DNA from: Alphaproteobacteria bacterium
GTDB lineage: Bacteria > Pseudomonadota > Alphaproteobacteria > SMXP01
Length of the DNA stretch: 64,000 nt
Direction of reading: 5' to 3'
NCBI GenBank assembly: GCA_028285305.1
Contig: JANQPV010000022.1
Span: 137,322-201,321 of the forward strand
Shown: positions 55,189-64,000 of the stretch, piece after piece
How positions within the stretch are numbered: position 1 is the stretch's first letter
Layout: every line of letters starts with the position of its first letter
The notes under the pieces: generated by a model
Seen by the model: only the letters and a program-made list of their open reading frames with translations
What the model was told of the DNA's origin: nothing
Databases searched by the model: none
Translations under genes and position numbers: made by a program

Positions 55189-56448
55189 ATGGCTTCTCAA
55201 AAGATAGTTTCGAAATCGTGGCTCCGTCGTCGCTTATCCACAGCAAGTGCGATTGGGCTGTTTGCGACGATCCCCGCTCTTTCGCTCACAATTGCGACCG
55301 CCGACGAATTGCTCAGGGGGCCGCTTGATGTAGAAGGAGAACAAATCGCCGTTGTCGAGGAGGCGCAAAGCGTTACTGATCCGACGTCTACGGACGGTGA
55401 TAAGGAGCCTTCCGAAGCGGACGCGACGCAGTCGGGCGCCGAAGAACTGAACGAGGCTCTCGAGACGGCTGAGTCTGACTCAGATGCCGCACAAGAGCCC
55501 GCCGAATCAAACGGTGAACAAGAGCTCGCTGACAGTGTTGCGGAACAAGCCGATCCGGGTGAAGCGACCTCCGAAAAAATAGAAGTCACACTTGACGGAG
55601 ACGCGGTTCAAAAAGGGCGACAGGTTGCGGATGCGGCCAATGCCAACGACTCCGGCTGGATTGATTCCGTGGCCGAACTAAAGATGATCTTGAAAAACAG
55701 CCGCGGACGCGAGTCGCGCCGGGTGATGGTGGTGAAGCTTTTAGAGGGTGAAGAGCCAGAAGTTTCCTCTGAAATCGAAGAGATGGCGGTCATTCAGGTT
55801 TCAGAAGATGCCTTTGAGCCCCAATTCGAGGACGCTAAGAAAGACGAAAAGAAAGACGAGAAGAAGTCCAGAGGCCGTGTTGAAGGCGACCGGTCGTTGG
55901 TTGTCTTTCTTGATCCCGCTGACATCACGGGAACAGCCTTGCTCAGCTTTAATAATGTAGAACGGGCCGATGATCAGTGGCTCTATTTGCCGTCAGTTCG
56001 CAAGACAAGAAGAATTGCCGCCTCAAAGCGCAACGGCTCATTTGTTGCAAGCGAATTCACGTATGAAGATATGGTGCCCAGTGAAGTGGACGAGTTCACC
56101 TATCGATACATTGGGGAAGAGCCTTGCGGTGATGCCGAATCTTGTCATCGGGTCGAACGCGTGCCGGTCGACAAGGACGCAGGGTACAAACGCCAAGAGG
56201 TTCTGTGGGATACGGAAGAGTTTCGGCCCTATCAGATCGAATACTTCAATAAGCGGGACGAACTTGAAAAGACGCTCGCGAGTTCAGACTTTCGCCTATA
56301 CAAAGAAAAATTCTGGCGCCCACACTACCAGGAGATGAAAAATCATCAGACTGGGAAAAGTACCGAGTTGTATCTCAACAACATAGAATTTGAAACAGGC
56401 CTAAAGAAGCGAGATTTCAATGCACAAAGACTCGACAAGGTTCAGTAG
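55189..56448 (+). CDS. LolA-like outer-membrane lipoprotein-sorting family protein with acidic disordered N-terminal insert
   Basis: Signal peptide, a ~150-aa D/E/S/A-rich low-complexity region, then a LolA_like fold (WLYLPSVRKTRRIAASKRNGSFVASEFTYEDM). Confidence 0.55.
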   Translation: MASQKIVSKSWLRRRLSTASAIGLFATIPALSLTIATADELLRGPLDVEGEQIAVVEEAQSVTDPTSTDGDKEPSEADATQSGAEELNEALETAESDSDAAQEPAESNGEQELADSVAEQADPGEATSEKIEVTLDGDAVQKGRQVADAANANDSGWIDSVAELKMILKNSRGRESRRVMVVKLLEGEEPEVSSEIEEMAVIQVSEDAFEPQFEDAKKDEKKDEKKSRGRVEGDRSLVVFLDPADITGTALLSFNNVERADDQWLYLPSVRKTRRIAASKRNGSFVASEFTYEDMVPSEVDEFTYRYIGEEPCGDAESCHRVERVPVDKDAGYKRQEVLWDTEEFRPYQIEYFNKRDELEKTLASSDFRLYKEKFWRPHYQEMKNHQTGKSTELYLNNIEFETGLKKRDFNAQRLDKVQ

Positions 56449-56503
56449 CTGTGTTAGCGCGGATAACGCGTGTGCGAGCAGAGTTAGTAAAATAGTACCC
56501 ATA

Positions 56504-57835
56504 ATGACAAATGATCCGATCTGTGGTGCAAGGGGTGGATCCGGAACGGATGTCGGCTCTCAGCGCATAATATCCAAGCTGGGGCTTTTGGCGGCTTCTG
56601 CGCTGCTCGGGGCTTCATTTTTGGTGGCGCCGGCGGTCAATGCTCAGCCAATTAGCGACATCATCAAAGACACGCTCGAGAATACGGATTCGCGGGGCCA
56701 CATCGGCACCGAGGTCCGAATTTTCCCCGAGAATCCAAGATTTGATGGCCAGGACGAATCAACATTTTCGCCGTCTGTCTTTCTTGAGCCGAGAATCATC
56801 TATCACTCAGACAATAAGCGCCACTACATCAACTTCGTGCCTTTTGCCCGCTGGGATAACGATGACGATAATAGAACGCATGCGGATATTCGTGAACTAA
56901 GCTACTCCTATCTGGGAGACTGGTTCGATGTTCGTTTCGGCATCAGCAAAGTATTCTGGGGCGTTGCGGAATCGAGCAATCCGGTTGACGTCATCAACCA
57001 AACTGACCTTGTCGATGACCCTATCAGCGGTGATGCAAAGCTGGGTCAGCCGATGGTAAACTTCAGTGTGCCGACCAGTTTTGGAACTGTCGAGCTTTAT
57101 GTGATGTCCGGGTTTCGTGAGCGCACGTTCCCGGATGCGACGGCCCGTTTCAGAGGACCTGTGCCTATTGAAGACGATGATGCGGAATTCGAATCGGCTG
57201 CTGAAAATTGGGCCATGGACTACGCTGGCCGCTATTCCCACACATTTGGTCCGGTCGATTTGGGCGTTAGCCACTTTTACGGGACCAACCGGGAGCCGCG
57301 TTTGACGCTTGACACTCGTGCGTCGGGTCCGGTCTTTGTGCCGAACTATGATCGTATTCATCAGACTGGTGTCGATGTACGCGCGTTGCTTGGTGATTTG
57401 ATCGTTAAGGGCGAAGGGATTTACCGCAATGGCGATCTTGATGACTTCTTTGCTGCGGTTGTAGGCGGTGAGTACACCATCTACGAAATCTTTCGGGCCG
57501 GCGGACATGGTGTCGACCTAAGTCTGCTTGCGGAATACTTGTATGATGGACGAGAGACGGTCGGCTTTGACCAACCGTTCTTGTTCAACAACGACGTGTA
57601 TGGCGGTATGCGGATGGCCTTTAACGATACAAATGACACCGTCCTGCTTCTGAGCAGCGTGGTCGATGTTGAGACCGGTGTCACAGGTGTGTCATTTGAA
57701 GCTGAACGCAGGGTGCTAGTTTATTTTACCGGTGAATTTGAAGCTCGCTTTATTGTTAGCGCGGCTGATACCGCTGTCGAAGAGAACTTTAGCGACGATG
57801 GTTTTGTTGCTTTGCGGTTGAAGTACAATTTTTAG
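56504..57835 (+). CDS. putative outer-membrane beta-barrel protein
   Basis: ATG MTNDPIC at 56504. A signal peptide reading ...LVAPAVNAQP, alternating beta-strand pattern, and a C-terminal YNF with terminal Phe. Confidence 0.4.
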   Translation: MTNDPICGARGGSGTDVGSQRIISKLGLLAASALLGASFLVAPAVNAQPISDIIKDTLENTDSRGHIGTEVRIFPENPRFDGQDESTFSPSVFLEPRIIYHSDNKRHYINFVPFARWDNDDDNRTHADIRELSYSYLGDWFDVRFGISKVFWGVAESSNPVDVINQTDLVDDPISGDAKLGQPMVNFSVPTSFGTVELYVMSGFRERTFPDATARFRGPVPIEDDDAEFESAAENWAMDYAGRYSHTFGPVDLGVSHFYGTNREPRLTLDTRASGPVFVPNYDRIHQTGVDVRALLGDLIVKGEGIYRNGDLDDFFAAVVGGEYTIYEIFRAGGHGVDLSLLAEYLYDGRETVGFDQPFLFNNDVYGGMRMAFNDTNDTVLLLSSVVDVETGVTGVSFEAERRVLVYFTGEFEARFIVSAADTAVEENFSDDGFVALRLKYNF

Positions 57836-57964
57836 AAGTACGTTACCCGGGGCAGCTTGGGTCGAAGTGTACGAGTTGCTCGCTGGCGCCTTATAGACTT
57901 TTCGTGTGGTCTTGTGTGAGTAGGGGCGAAGCGGATAGGGCTTTCGTCTCTAGAAAGAGAACAC

Positions 57965-60553
57965 ATGAATCGTCTTAAAAAGCGCAATCGGGTGTGGCGC
58001 CTTACTTCTTACTCGACTAAGCGCCTTTACCGAAAGAAAATTCTCCCCTCCTTTGTCAGTTCAGATACTAAAGGCGCGCGCGTGCGCGCCTGGATTGCCG
58101 GCATTGTTATGATCGTTTCGATCTTGGGATCGATGTACGGCATGCAGTATCTCGGGTTCGTCTCCGATAATCGCGCATTTATCGGTCCTCAAAATCCGTA
58201 TCTGGAAGTCCTCAATACGTTTGAAGCGAATTTCTCGTCGAACCGTAACGTCATAATCGGGATCTACCCCAAAGAAGCCGGTGGAACGGTCTTTGAAGAA
58301 AGCACCCTTGAGGCGATCGCCAACTTAACGGAGGACGGCTGGCTAATTTCGTATATCGCCCGCGTTTCTTCGTTGACGAATTTCTCTCGTACTTATCCCG
58401 GTGTCTCTGAAGAGGGGGACGATGAGCTGGTCGTCGAGCAATTGCTCGAATCGGTGGATGATCTATCGCCTGAGAAAGCCATCGAAGTTAAGGGGCTGGC
58501 CCTCAGTGATCCATTGCTCGTCAACAATTTAGTATCTCCTGAAGGCGATTTCACAGCTGTTGTGCTTTCTGCGATTTCGGACCTTCCAAATGATGCTCCG
58601 GTTACGATCATGGAGGAAGTGCGCACGCTCGTCGCGGAGTATGAGCGCGACTATCCCCATTTGGAGTTTGCCTTTGCCGGGGCGATACCCGGGTCCGATG
58701 CACTGAGGACGGTCGCAATCGGCGATTTGCTCATACTGGCGCCGGTCGCCCTGTTCGCCGTGTTCTTGGCGCTCGCCGTGCTGGTGCGTTCAATCCTGAT
58801 GGCGTTGATCATCTTTGGGCAAATTTTAGCGGCCACGATGATTGCAATGGGAATTGCCGGGTGGTTGCATTTCGTATTGGATCCTGCGTCCGTCAATGCG
58901 ACCGTGATGATTGCCGTGTTGGGACTGGCTCACGGAGTGCATTTCATAACGTCCCTTCAAAAAGCACAGGTCAGGCTTGGATCTCAAAAAGAAGCCGTCG
59001 ATGAGGCACTTCGAAGTAACTTCTCTCCGGTTTTTCTGAGCACAATCAGCACAATTGTGGGCTGTCTGTCGATGAATTGGTCCGACGCGCCGCCCTTTCA
59101 CACCTTGGGCAATATCACCGCGATTGGCTTGGTTTTCGGATTTATCTACTGGTGTACGTTCGTTCCCTACATGCTGCGGCGAATTCCTTTTCCCAAGTCT
59201 GCGCCCAAACCCATGCTGGGACCGTTTGAAAATCACATCGGCGAATTGGTGATTCGCTACCGCACACAGATCTTGCTTTTCAGTCCTTTACTGGTGCTCT
59301 TAATCGGTTTTGGCCTCACGCAGTTGCAGCTTGCAGACAATTTCGTCAAGGAAATTGGCACGCGGTACGAATTCAGAACCGACTCGGACCTGGTTTCGAA
59401 GAAATTGGGGGGCGAGTCGTCAATAGAGTTTGTTCTTGATGCAGGCGAGAGCAATGGCGTGATGGAACCTGCGTTTCTGGCAGAGGCAGAAAAACTCGCA
59501 AACTTTCTCCGCGACCTTCCCGATACGTCCACGGTCTACACGATCACGGAAATTATCAAGAGGCTAAACCGTGACATCAATAAAGGGGACGGAGAGTACT
59601 ACCGTTTGCCAAATACGCCTTTTGAAACGGGACAATATATCTTCCTTTATGAAATGTCGCTTCCTCACGGCACGGACCTTACGGATCGAATTGATATCGA
59701 TCGGCAACTGCTACGGATCACGGCTCGCGTTTGGACGGGTGAGTCCATTGAATTGAAACGCTTTGAAAGCAAAGTGATGGCTTGGGTAGAGGAGAACATC
59801 CCTGAACCCTACAAGGTCCATATGACGGGCTCTTCCGTCATCTATGCGCATATCTCTGCCACCAATATTCGGTCCATGATCGGGGGAACATTCTTCTCTC
59901 TCATCTTTGTGTCGTTCATGTTGATCGCAATCTTGCGACGTCCGCAGATCAGCGCCTTCTCGCTTCTGGCCAATGTTCTTCCCGCGGTTATGGCGCTTGG
60001 TGTCTGGGGCATTGTGAGCGGAAGCGTGGGCATGGCCGTGTCTGTCGTTGTTGCGCTCACATTCGGCATCGTCGTCGACGACACCGTCCACTTTTTGAGT
60101 CGGTATCTGGATGCTAGGCGAAAATTCGGAATGGATTCTGTAGACGCGGTCAGATACACGATGGATAAGGTCGGCCGCGCGATTGTGATCACGTCCTTTA
60201 TCCTATGTTTCGGATTCGCGTTTCTAGTGGGTTCCGGTTACGGAGTAACCAAGAGTTTCGGAGCTCTCGCCGCATCCATAATCATGGCTGCGCTGATCTT
60301 CGATTTACTAATATTACCCTGCATCTTAATTTGGATAGATCGCCCTAAGAGTGTTGCAAAATCGCAATCAACTCATGATACGACATCTTATCCACCTACG
60401 ATCTCGCCTTCTGTCGGGTATTCCGATGATTCCGTTCAACTTACAGGGGCGAATGAATCTCAAGCGGAGGTTGAACGGCGCAAGAGGTCGGTGGCTTCGT
60501 CAGCGGTAAGAACCGGTGTTGAAGAGCGTCCAGTGGACCCTCTGAGTCGATGA
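57965..60553 (+). CDS. RND-superfamily MMPL-type exporter (COG1033-like, HpnN-like topology)
   Basis: 862 aa. Two 6-TM bundles are each preceded by a large periplasmic loop. Motifs are typical of MMPL/COG1033 exporters. Confidence 0.75.
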   Translation: MNRLKKRNRVWRLTSYSTKRLYRKKILPSFVSSDTKGARVRAWIAGIVMIVSILGSMYGMQYLGFVSDNRAFIGPQNPYLEVLNTFEANFSSNRNVIIGIYPKEAGGTVFEESTLEAIANLTEDGWLISYIARVSSLTNFSRTYPGVSEEGDDELVVEQLLESVDDLSPEKAIEVKGLALSDPLLVNNLVSPEGDFTAVVLSAISDLPNDAPVTIMEEVRTLVAEYERDYPHLEFAFAGAIPGSDALRTVAIGDLLILAPVALFAVFLALAVLVRSILMALIIFGQILAATMIAMGIAGWLHFVLDPASVNATVMIAVLGLAHGVHFITSLQKAQVRLGSQKEAVDEALRSNFSPVFLSTISTIVGCLSMNWSDAPPFHTLGNITAIGLVFGFIYWCTFVPYMLRRIPFPKSAPKPMLGPFENHIGELVIRYRTQILLFSPLLVLLIGFGLTQLQLADNFVKEIGTRYEFRTDSDLVSKKLGGESSIEFVLDAGESNGVMEPAFLAEAEKLANFLRDLPDTSTVYTITEIIKRLNRDINKGDGEYYRLPNTPFETGQYIFLYEMSLPHGTDLTDRIDIDRQLLRITARVWTGESIELKRFESKVMAWVEENIPEPYKVHMTGSSVIYAHISATNIRSMIGGTFFSLIFVSFMLIAILRRPQISAFSLLANVLPAVMALGVWGIVSGSVGMAVSVVVALTFGIVVDDTVHFLSRYLDARRKFGMDSVDAVRYTMDKVGRAIVITSFILCFGFAFLVGSGYGVTKSFGALAASIIMAALIFDLLILPCILIWIDRPKSVAKSQSTHDTTSYPPTISPSVGYSDDSVQLTGANESQAEVERRKRSVASSAVRTGVEERPVDPLSR

Positions 60554-61008
60554 GATTCAGTAGGGTTTGAGAGTGCTTGTGTCTGATCCGGTTGCACGCT
60601 GGAGCAAATTTCTTTCCCTTTCAACGTGTTATTCCAGTGTCGTATCATCACTGTGCGGAAAGATGTAGAAGTGATTCGCACGCATTTCGCAAACTTACAA
60701 CCGTAGTCATTCGCCTGCGACAAGTTTTCCCCTCAAACGAGAATCTATAGTTAATAGGCGGGTTCTAGGGCCGTGAGAAGGTTTATCACAGGGCCATAGC
60801 GTCTTGAATCCATCGGGAATCTTTGATATCGCTCTTGCCGGGTGGACTGTTACGTACGCTGAAATAGGATCGTGCGCGTCACTGTGCGCAGGACAGAAAT
60901 AAAGTACGGTTCCCCCAAACATAACAAAAAAATATTGCCCCCGGGAAGAAGTTTTGGGTCAAACGCCGGCTGTGCCGGCATTGTATGTGTCTTAAGGGGA
61001 TACTTAGA

Positions 61009-64000
61009 ATGCAGCAGAATGGTAATAATAATAACAATCGTAAAAAGCCAATTGCACAAACGCCTGACGAGCCAATTGCTATCGTAGGCATCGGGTGCCG
61101 GTACCCAGGCGGGTCCAACGACCCGGAAACATTCTGGACCAACTTGAAAGAGGGAAAGACGGGCATCGCCGAAGTGCCCGCCGATCGCTGGAATGCGGAC
61201 CTCTATTACGATCCGGATCCGGACAAACCACATGTCGCCTACACAAAGTGGGGCGGTTTTATCGACGATTTCGACAAGTTCGACGCTGACTTCTTCAAGA
61301 TCTCCCCCCGAGAAGCTGTCGCGATGGACCCTCAGCAACGCATGTTGCTTGAAGTGTCCTGGGAAGCGCTGGAAGATGCGGGGGTTTCCGCCGACGCTTT
61401 GCCCGGCAGTGATACTTCCGTTTATGTTGGGGTTTCGATCAACGACTATCAAACGCTGCAATGGATTGCGCGTGAAGAAGATCTCCACCTCGGCCCGGGA
61501 ACAGCTCTTGCCGTAACATCTAATCGTATTTCGCACCGGTATAACCTTGCTGGGCCAAGTATGTCGGTGGACACAGCCTGTTCTTCGGCCATGGTTGCAA
61601 CAAATCTCGCGTGCCATAGCTTGTGGCGCGGTGAGTCTTCGATATCGATCGTGGGCGGTGTCAATATGATGCTGCATCCGGGGATCTCGATTACGTTCTC
61701 CAAAGCCAACATGATGTCCAAGGACAGTTTGTTGAAAGCCTTCGATTCGCGGGCCAACGGATATATCCGAGGCGAGGGTGTTGGTGTCGTTATCTTGAAG
61801 CGTTTGTCCGATGCGGTTGCCGATGGTGATCGGATCTATGCGCTCATCCGCGGCACTGTTCTGAACCAGGATGGCCAAACGACGACTATCACGGTCCCGA
61901 ATGGTGATGCCCAAATGGAAATGCTCCAGGCGGTTTGCGATCAGGCTGAAGTTGACCCGTTGTCGGTAAGCTATGTTGAGGCGCACGGCACAGGTACACC
62001 TGTTGGCGATCCTATCGAAGCCAATGCAATTGGATCCGTTTTCGGAAAAGGTCGTGAGGGTGATGACTACCTGTTAATGGGCTCCGTTAAGCCCAACATC
62101 GGACACTTGGAATCGGGTGCTGGTGTTGCCGGTTTGATCAAAGGTGCCCTGGCTGCGTTTCACGGCGAAGTCCCGCCTAACATCAATTTCGAGACGCCAA
62201 ACGAGAACATCAAGTTCGACGAATACAATTTGAAGGTGCCAACGGAAGTCATCGAGATGACGAAGCCGAAGGGCGAACGGTATGTCGCGATCAACTCGTT
62301 CGGATTTGGTGGAACCAACGCCTGCTCTCTGGTGTCGGACTATGTGCCGCCAACCTCTTCTATCGGAGTGGCTCGGCCTGTTATTCAGCCTACCTACAAA
62401 TCAGGCCTGAAGTACTTGCCGCTCAGTGCAGCGACCTCCACAGCGCTTTCGACGCGGGCAACCAGCCTTGCCGATTGGATTGAGCAAAACAATCTTACTT
62501 CAGACGATGTGGCGCTTCAGCTCGGTAAGCGGAACGCGCACCTGGATCAGAGAGTTTTGGTCACCGGTAAAAACCAAAACGAGCTGATCGCGAACCTGAG
62601 AGCGATTGGTGCGGACGAAATGCCTGAGCATTTGATCTCTGGCCGTCGCTCCGAAAAGCAGCCACTGGCAATGGTCTTCTCCGGCCAAGGTAGCCAATGG
62701 TGGGCCATGGGCCGTGACTTGTTCAAGAACGATGCTTTGTTCAAGTCGGTCCTTCATCGTTTCGATGAGACCTTCACTCAGGTCTCCGGTTGGTCTCTTG
62801 TTAAAGAGATGCTCGCCGAGAGCGAAGATGCCTCGCGTATCAATGAGACCATCGTCACCCAGCCAGCGATTTGCGCATTGCAAGTCGGCTTGGTCGAGCG
62901 ATGGAAAGCTTGGGGCATCGAGCCTGACGTGGTCATCGGCCACTCTGTCGGTGAGATCGCTGCGGGTTATGCAGCTGGCTCCCTGACGCTGGAACAGGCC
63001 GCTGAGTTTATCTACCACCGTGCACGTCCACAGCCTGAACGTGAAGGTGCGATCGCCGCTGTCGGCATTTCCTTGGAGGAAGCTGAGGAGTTGTGCGCCA
63101 CAACCGGAGAAGGTCTGGTGGAAATCGGCGGCATTAATTCGCCGACCCTCATCACGATCGCTGGTGACAGAGATAAAGTGCATGCCATTCTTGACGAGCT
63201 GCGCTCGCGGGATCCGGCGCCACTTGCCCGTCTCATCAAGATGAACTATGCGCCGCATACGTTCCATGTGGATGTCTTTAAGGACGAGTTCCTTGAAAGC
63301 GTGAAGCACATCGAGACACAAGCTCCGCGCATCAAGTGGATCTCCACTGTGACCGGCGAGCTTATCACCGAAGCTCCCGATTCAGACTATTTCTGGCGCA
63401 ACATCCGTCAAACGGTGAAGTTCCAGCACGCCATCATGAAGGCGAAAGAACTGGATTACGGTGCGTTCTTGGAGATCGGTGCGCATTCTACGCTTGGTGG
63501 TCCTGTCCATGCCTGTTTGGACGGCGAAGGACTGGTGGTGAACTCACTGCACCGGAGTAAGCCGGATTCAGAGGCGATCACAAATGCTCTTGGTCAGCTG
63601 TATGTGAACGGCTTTGATCTCGATTGGGAAGGTATCATCGGCCGGGCCAACTCATTTGTGCAACTTCCCCATTATCCATGGGAGCACAAGGAGTACTGGC
63701 CGGAATCCGAGAACCTGAGCAACACACTCTTTAAGAACCATGAAGGGCCTTTGTTGGGTGAACGTCAAAAGACGCAAACGCCAAACTGGCTTTCCTCGAT
63801 TGGTTTGGAAGGCTTCCGGTACATTGAAGGTCACAACATTGACCATTCGGTGATTTTCCCTGGTGCTGGATACATGGAGTTGGCGTTCGAAGCTGCGCGT
63901 GCCCTCAACACTGCAGAGGACGAAGCGATTGAGATCGAAGATCTCAAGCTGGACGATGCCCTGTTCATGTCTGAGGACGCTGTGTACCAGGTTCAGACCG
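61009..64000 (+). CDS. type I polyketide synthase, 5' portion (KS-AT-DH...), continues beyond window
   Basis: ATG 61009 after AAGGGGA. KS motifs IAIVGIGCRYPGGSNDPETFW, VDTACSSAM, EAHGTGT and NIGHLE. AT motifs GQGSQWWAMG and GHSVGEIAAGYA. A DH HxxxGxxxxP (EGHNIDHSVIFPGAGY) sits near 63830. No stop in frame to 64000, so it is absent from the ORF track. Confidence 0.85.
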   Translation, partial: MQQNGNNNNNRKKPIAQTPDEPIAIVGIGCRYPGGSNDPETFWTNLKEGKTGIAEVPADRWNADLYYDPDPDKPHVAYTKWGGFIDDFDKFDADFFKISPREAVAMDPQQRMLLEVSWEALEDAGVSADALPGSDTSVYVGVSINDYQTLQWIAREEDLHLGPGTALAVTSNRISHRYNLAGPSMSVDTACSSAMVATNLACHSLWRGESSISIVGGVNMMLHPGISITFSKANMMSKDSLLKAFDSRANGYIRGEGVGVVILKRLSDAVADGDRIYALIRGTVLNQDGQTTTITVPNGDAQMEMLQAVCDQAEVDPLSVSYVEAHGTGTPVGDPIEANAIGSVFGKGREGDDYLLMGSVKPNIGHLESGAGVAGLIKGALAAFHGEVPPNINFETPNENIKFDEYNLKVPTEVIEMTKPKGERYVAINSFGFGGTNACSLVSDYVPPTSSIGVARPVIQPTYKSGLKYLPLSAATSTALSTRATSLADWIEQNNLTSDDVALQLGKRNAHLDQRVLVTGKNQNELIANLRAIGADEMPEHLISGRRSEKQPLAMVFSGQGSQWWAMGRDLFKNDALFKSVLHRFDETFTQVSGWSLVKEMLAESEDASRINETIVTQPAICALQVGLVERWKAWGIEPDVVIGHSVGEIAAGYAAGSLTLEQAAEFIYHRARPQPEREGAIAAVGISLEEAEELCATTGEGLVEIGGINSPTLITIAGDRDKVHAILDELRSRDPAPLARLIKMNYAPHTFHVDVFKDEFLESVKHIETQAPRIKWISTVTGELITEAPDSDYFWRNIRQTVKFQHAIMKAKELDYGAFLEIGAHSTLGGPVHACLDGEGLVVNSLHRSKPDSEAITNALGQLYVNGFDLDWEGIIGRANSFVQLPHYPWEHKEYWPESENLSNTLFKNHEGPLLGERQKTQTPNWLSSIGLEGFRYIEGHNIDHSVIFPGAGYMELAFEAARALNTAEDEAIEIEDLKLDDALFMSEDAVYQVQT

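Overview
This 64-kb window looks like a chromosomal segment from an alphaproteobacterium. That call is inference. It rests on the lptCAB-rpoN-hpf-ptsN synteny, a che locus carrying a STAS-type CheS-like gene and two CheY paralogs, and an Hsp20 + DUF1150 pair. Coding density is high on both strands. I saw no rRNA, CRISPR array, transposase or integrase.

From left to right the window holds:
- 1-7 kb: a partial c-type cytochrome, a bacterial PH-domain membrane protein, a Na/Pi cotransporter, an APC permease, DUF4345 and NTF2-like proteins, and a secreted DUF3604 protein.
- 7.2-10.5 kb: a TetR regulator and a TonB-dependent receptor, with a repeated AACCGGACA motif between and around them.
- 11-27 kb: an acyl-CoA / lipid-terpenoid catabolism island. 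It has four crotonase paralogs, an acyl-CoA dehydrogenase, an MccB/AtuC-like carboxyltransferase with no alpha subunit nearby, two GSTs, two SDRs, a TetR, an MFS transporter and an AtoE-like transporter.
- 26.8-37.3 kb: a divergent chemotaxis locus. One arm is STAS-cheY-cheA. The other is cheW, a receiver with a C-terminal extension, cheR, cheB, cheY, an embedded unknown ORF, cheD and a Cache-type MCP.
- 37.4-51.5 kb: a membrane-anchored solute-binding-domain protein, hsp20-DUF1150 with a sigma-32-like promoter, ptsN-hpf-rpoN-lptB-lptA-lptC-kdsD, an RNase D-like exonuclease, tRNA-Leu(CAG), an NDUFA9-like protein, DUF2239, a secreted methyltransferase and an LLM-class flavin oxidoreductase.
- 52-64 kb: an autotransporter, then a LolA-like protein, an outer-membrane protein, a COG1033 MMPL-type RND exporter and the start of a large type I polyketide synthase (KS-AT-DH, running off the window).

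The best candidate for an undescribed system is that PKS-linked predicted lipid synthesis/export locus. The next candidates are the unusual components inside the che locus.
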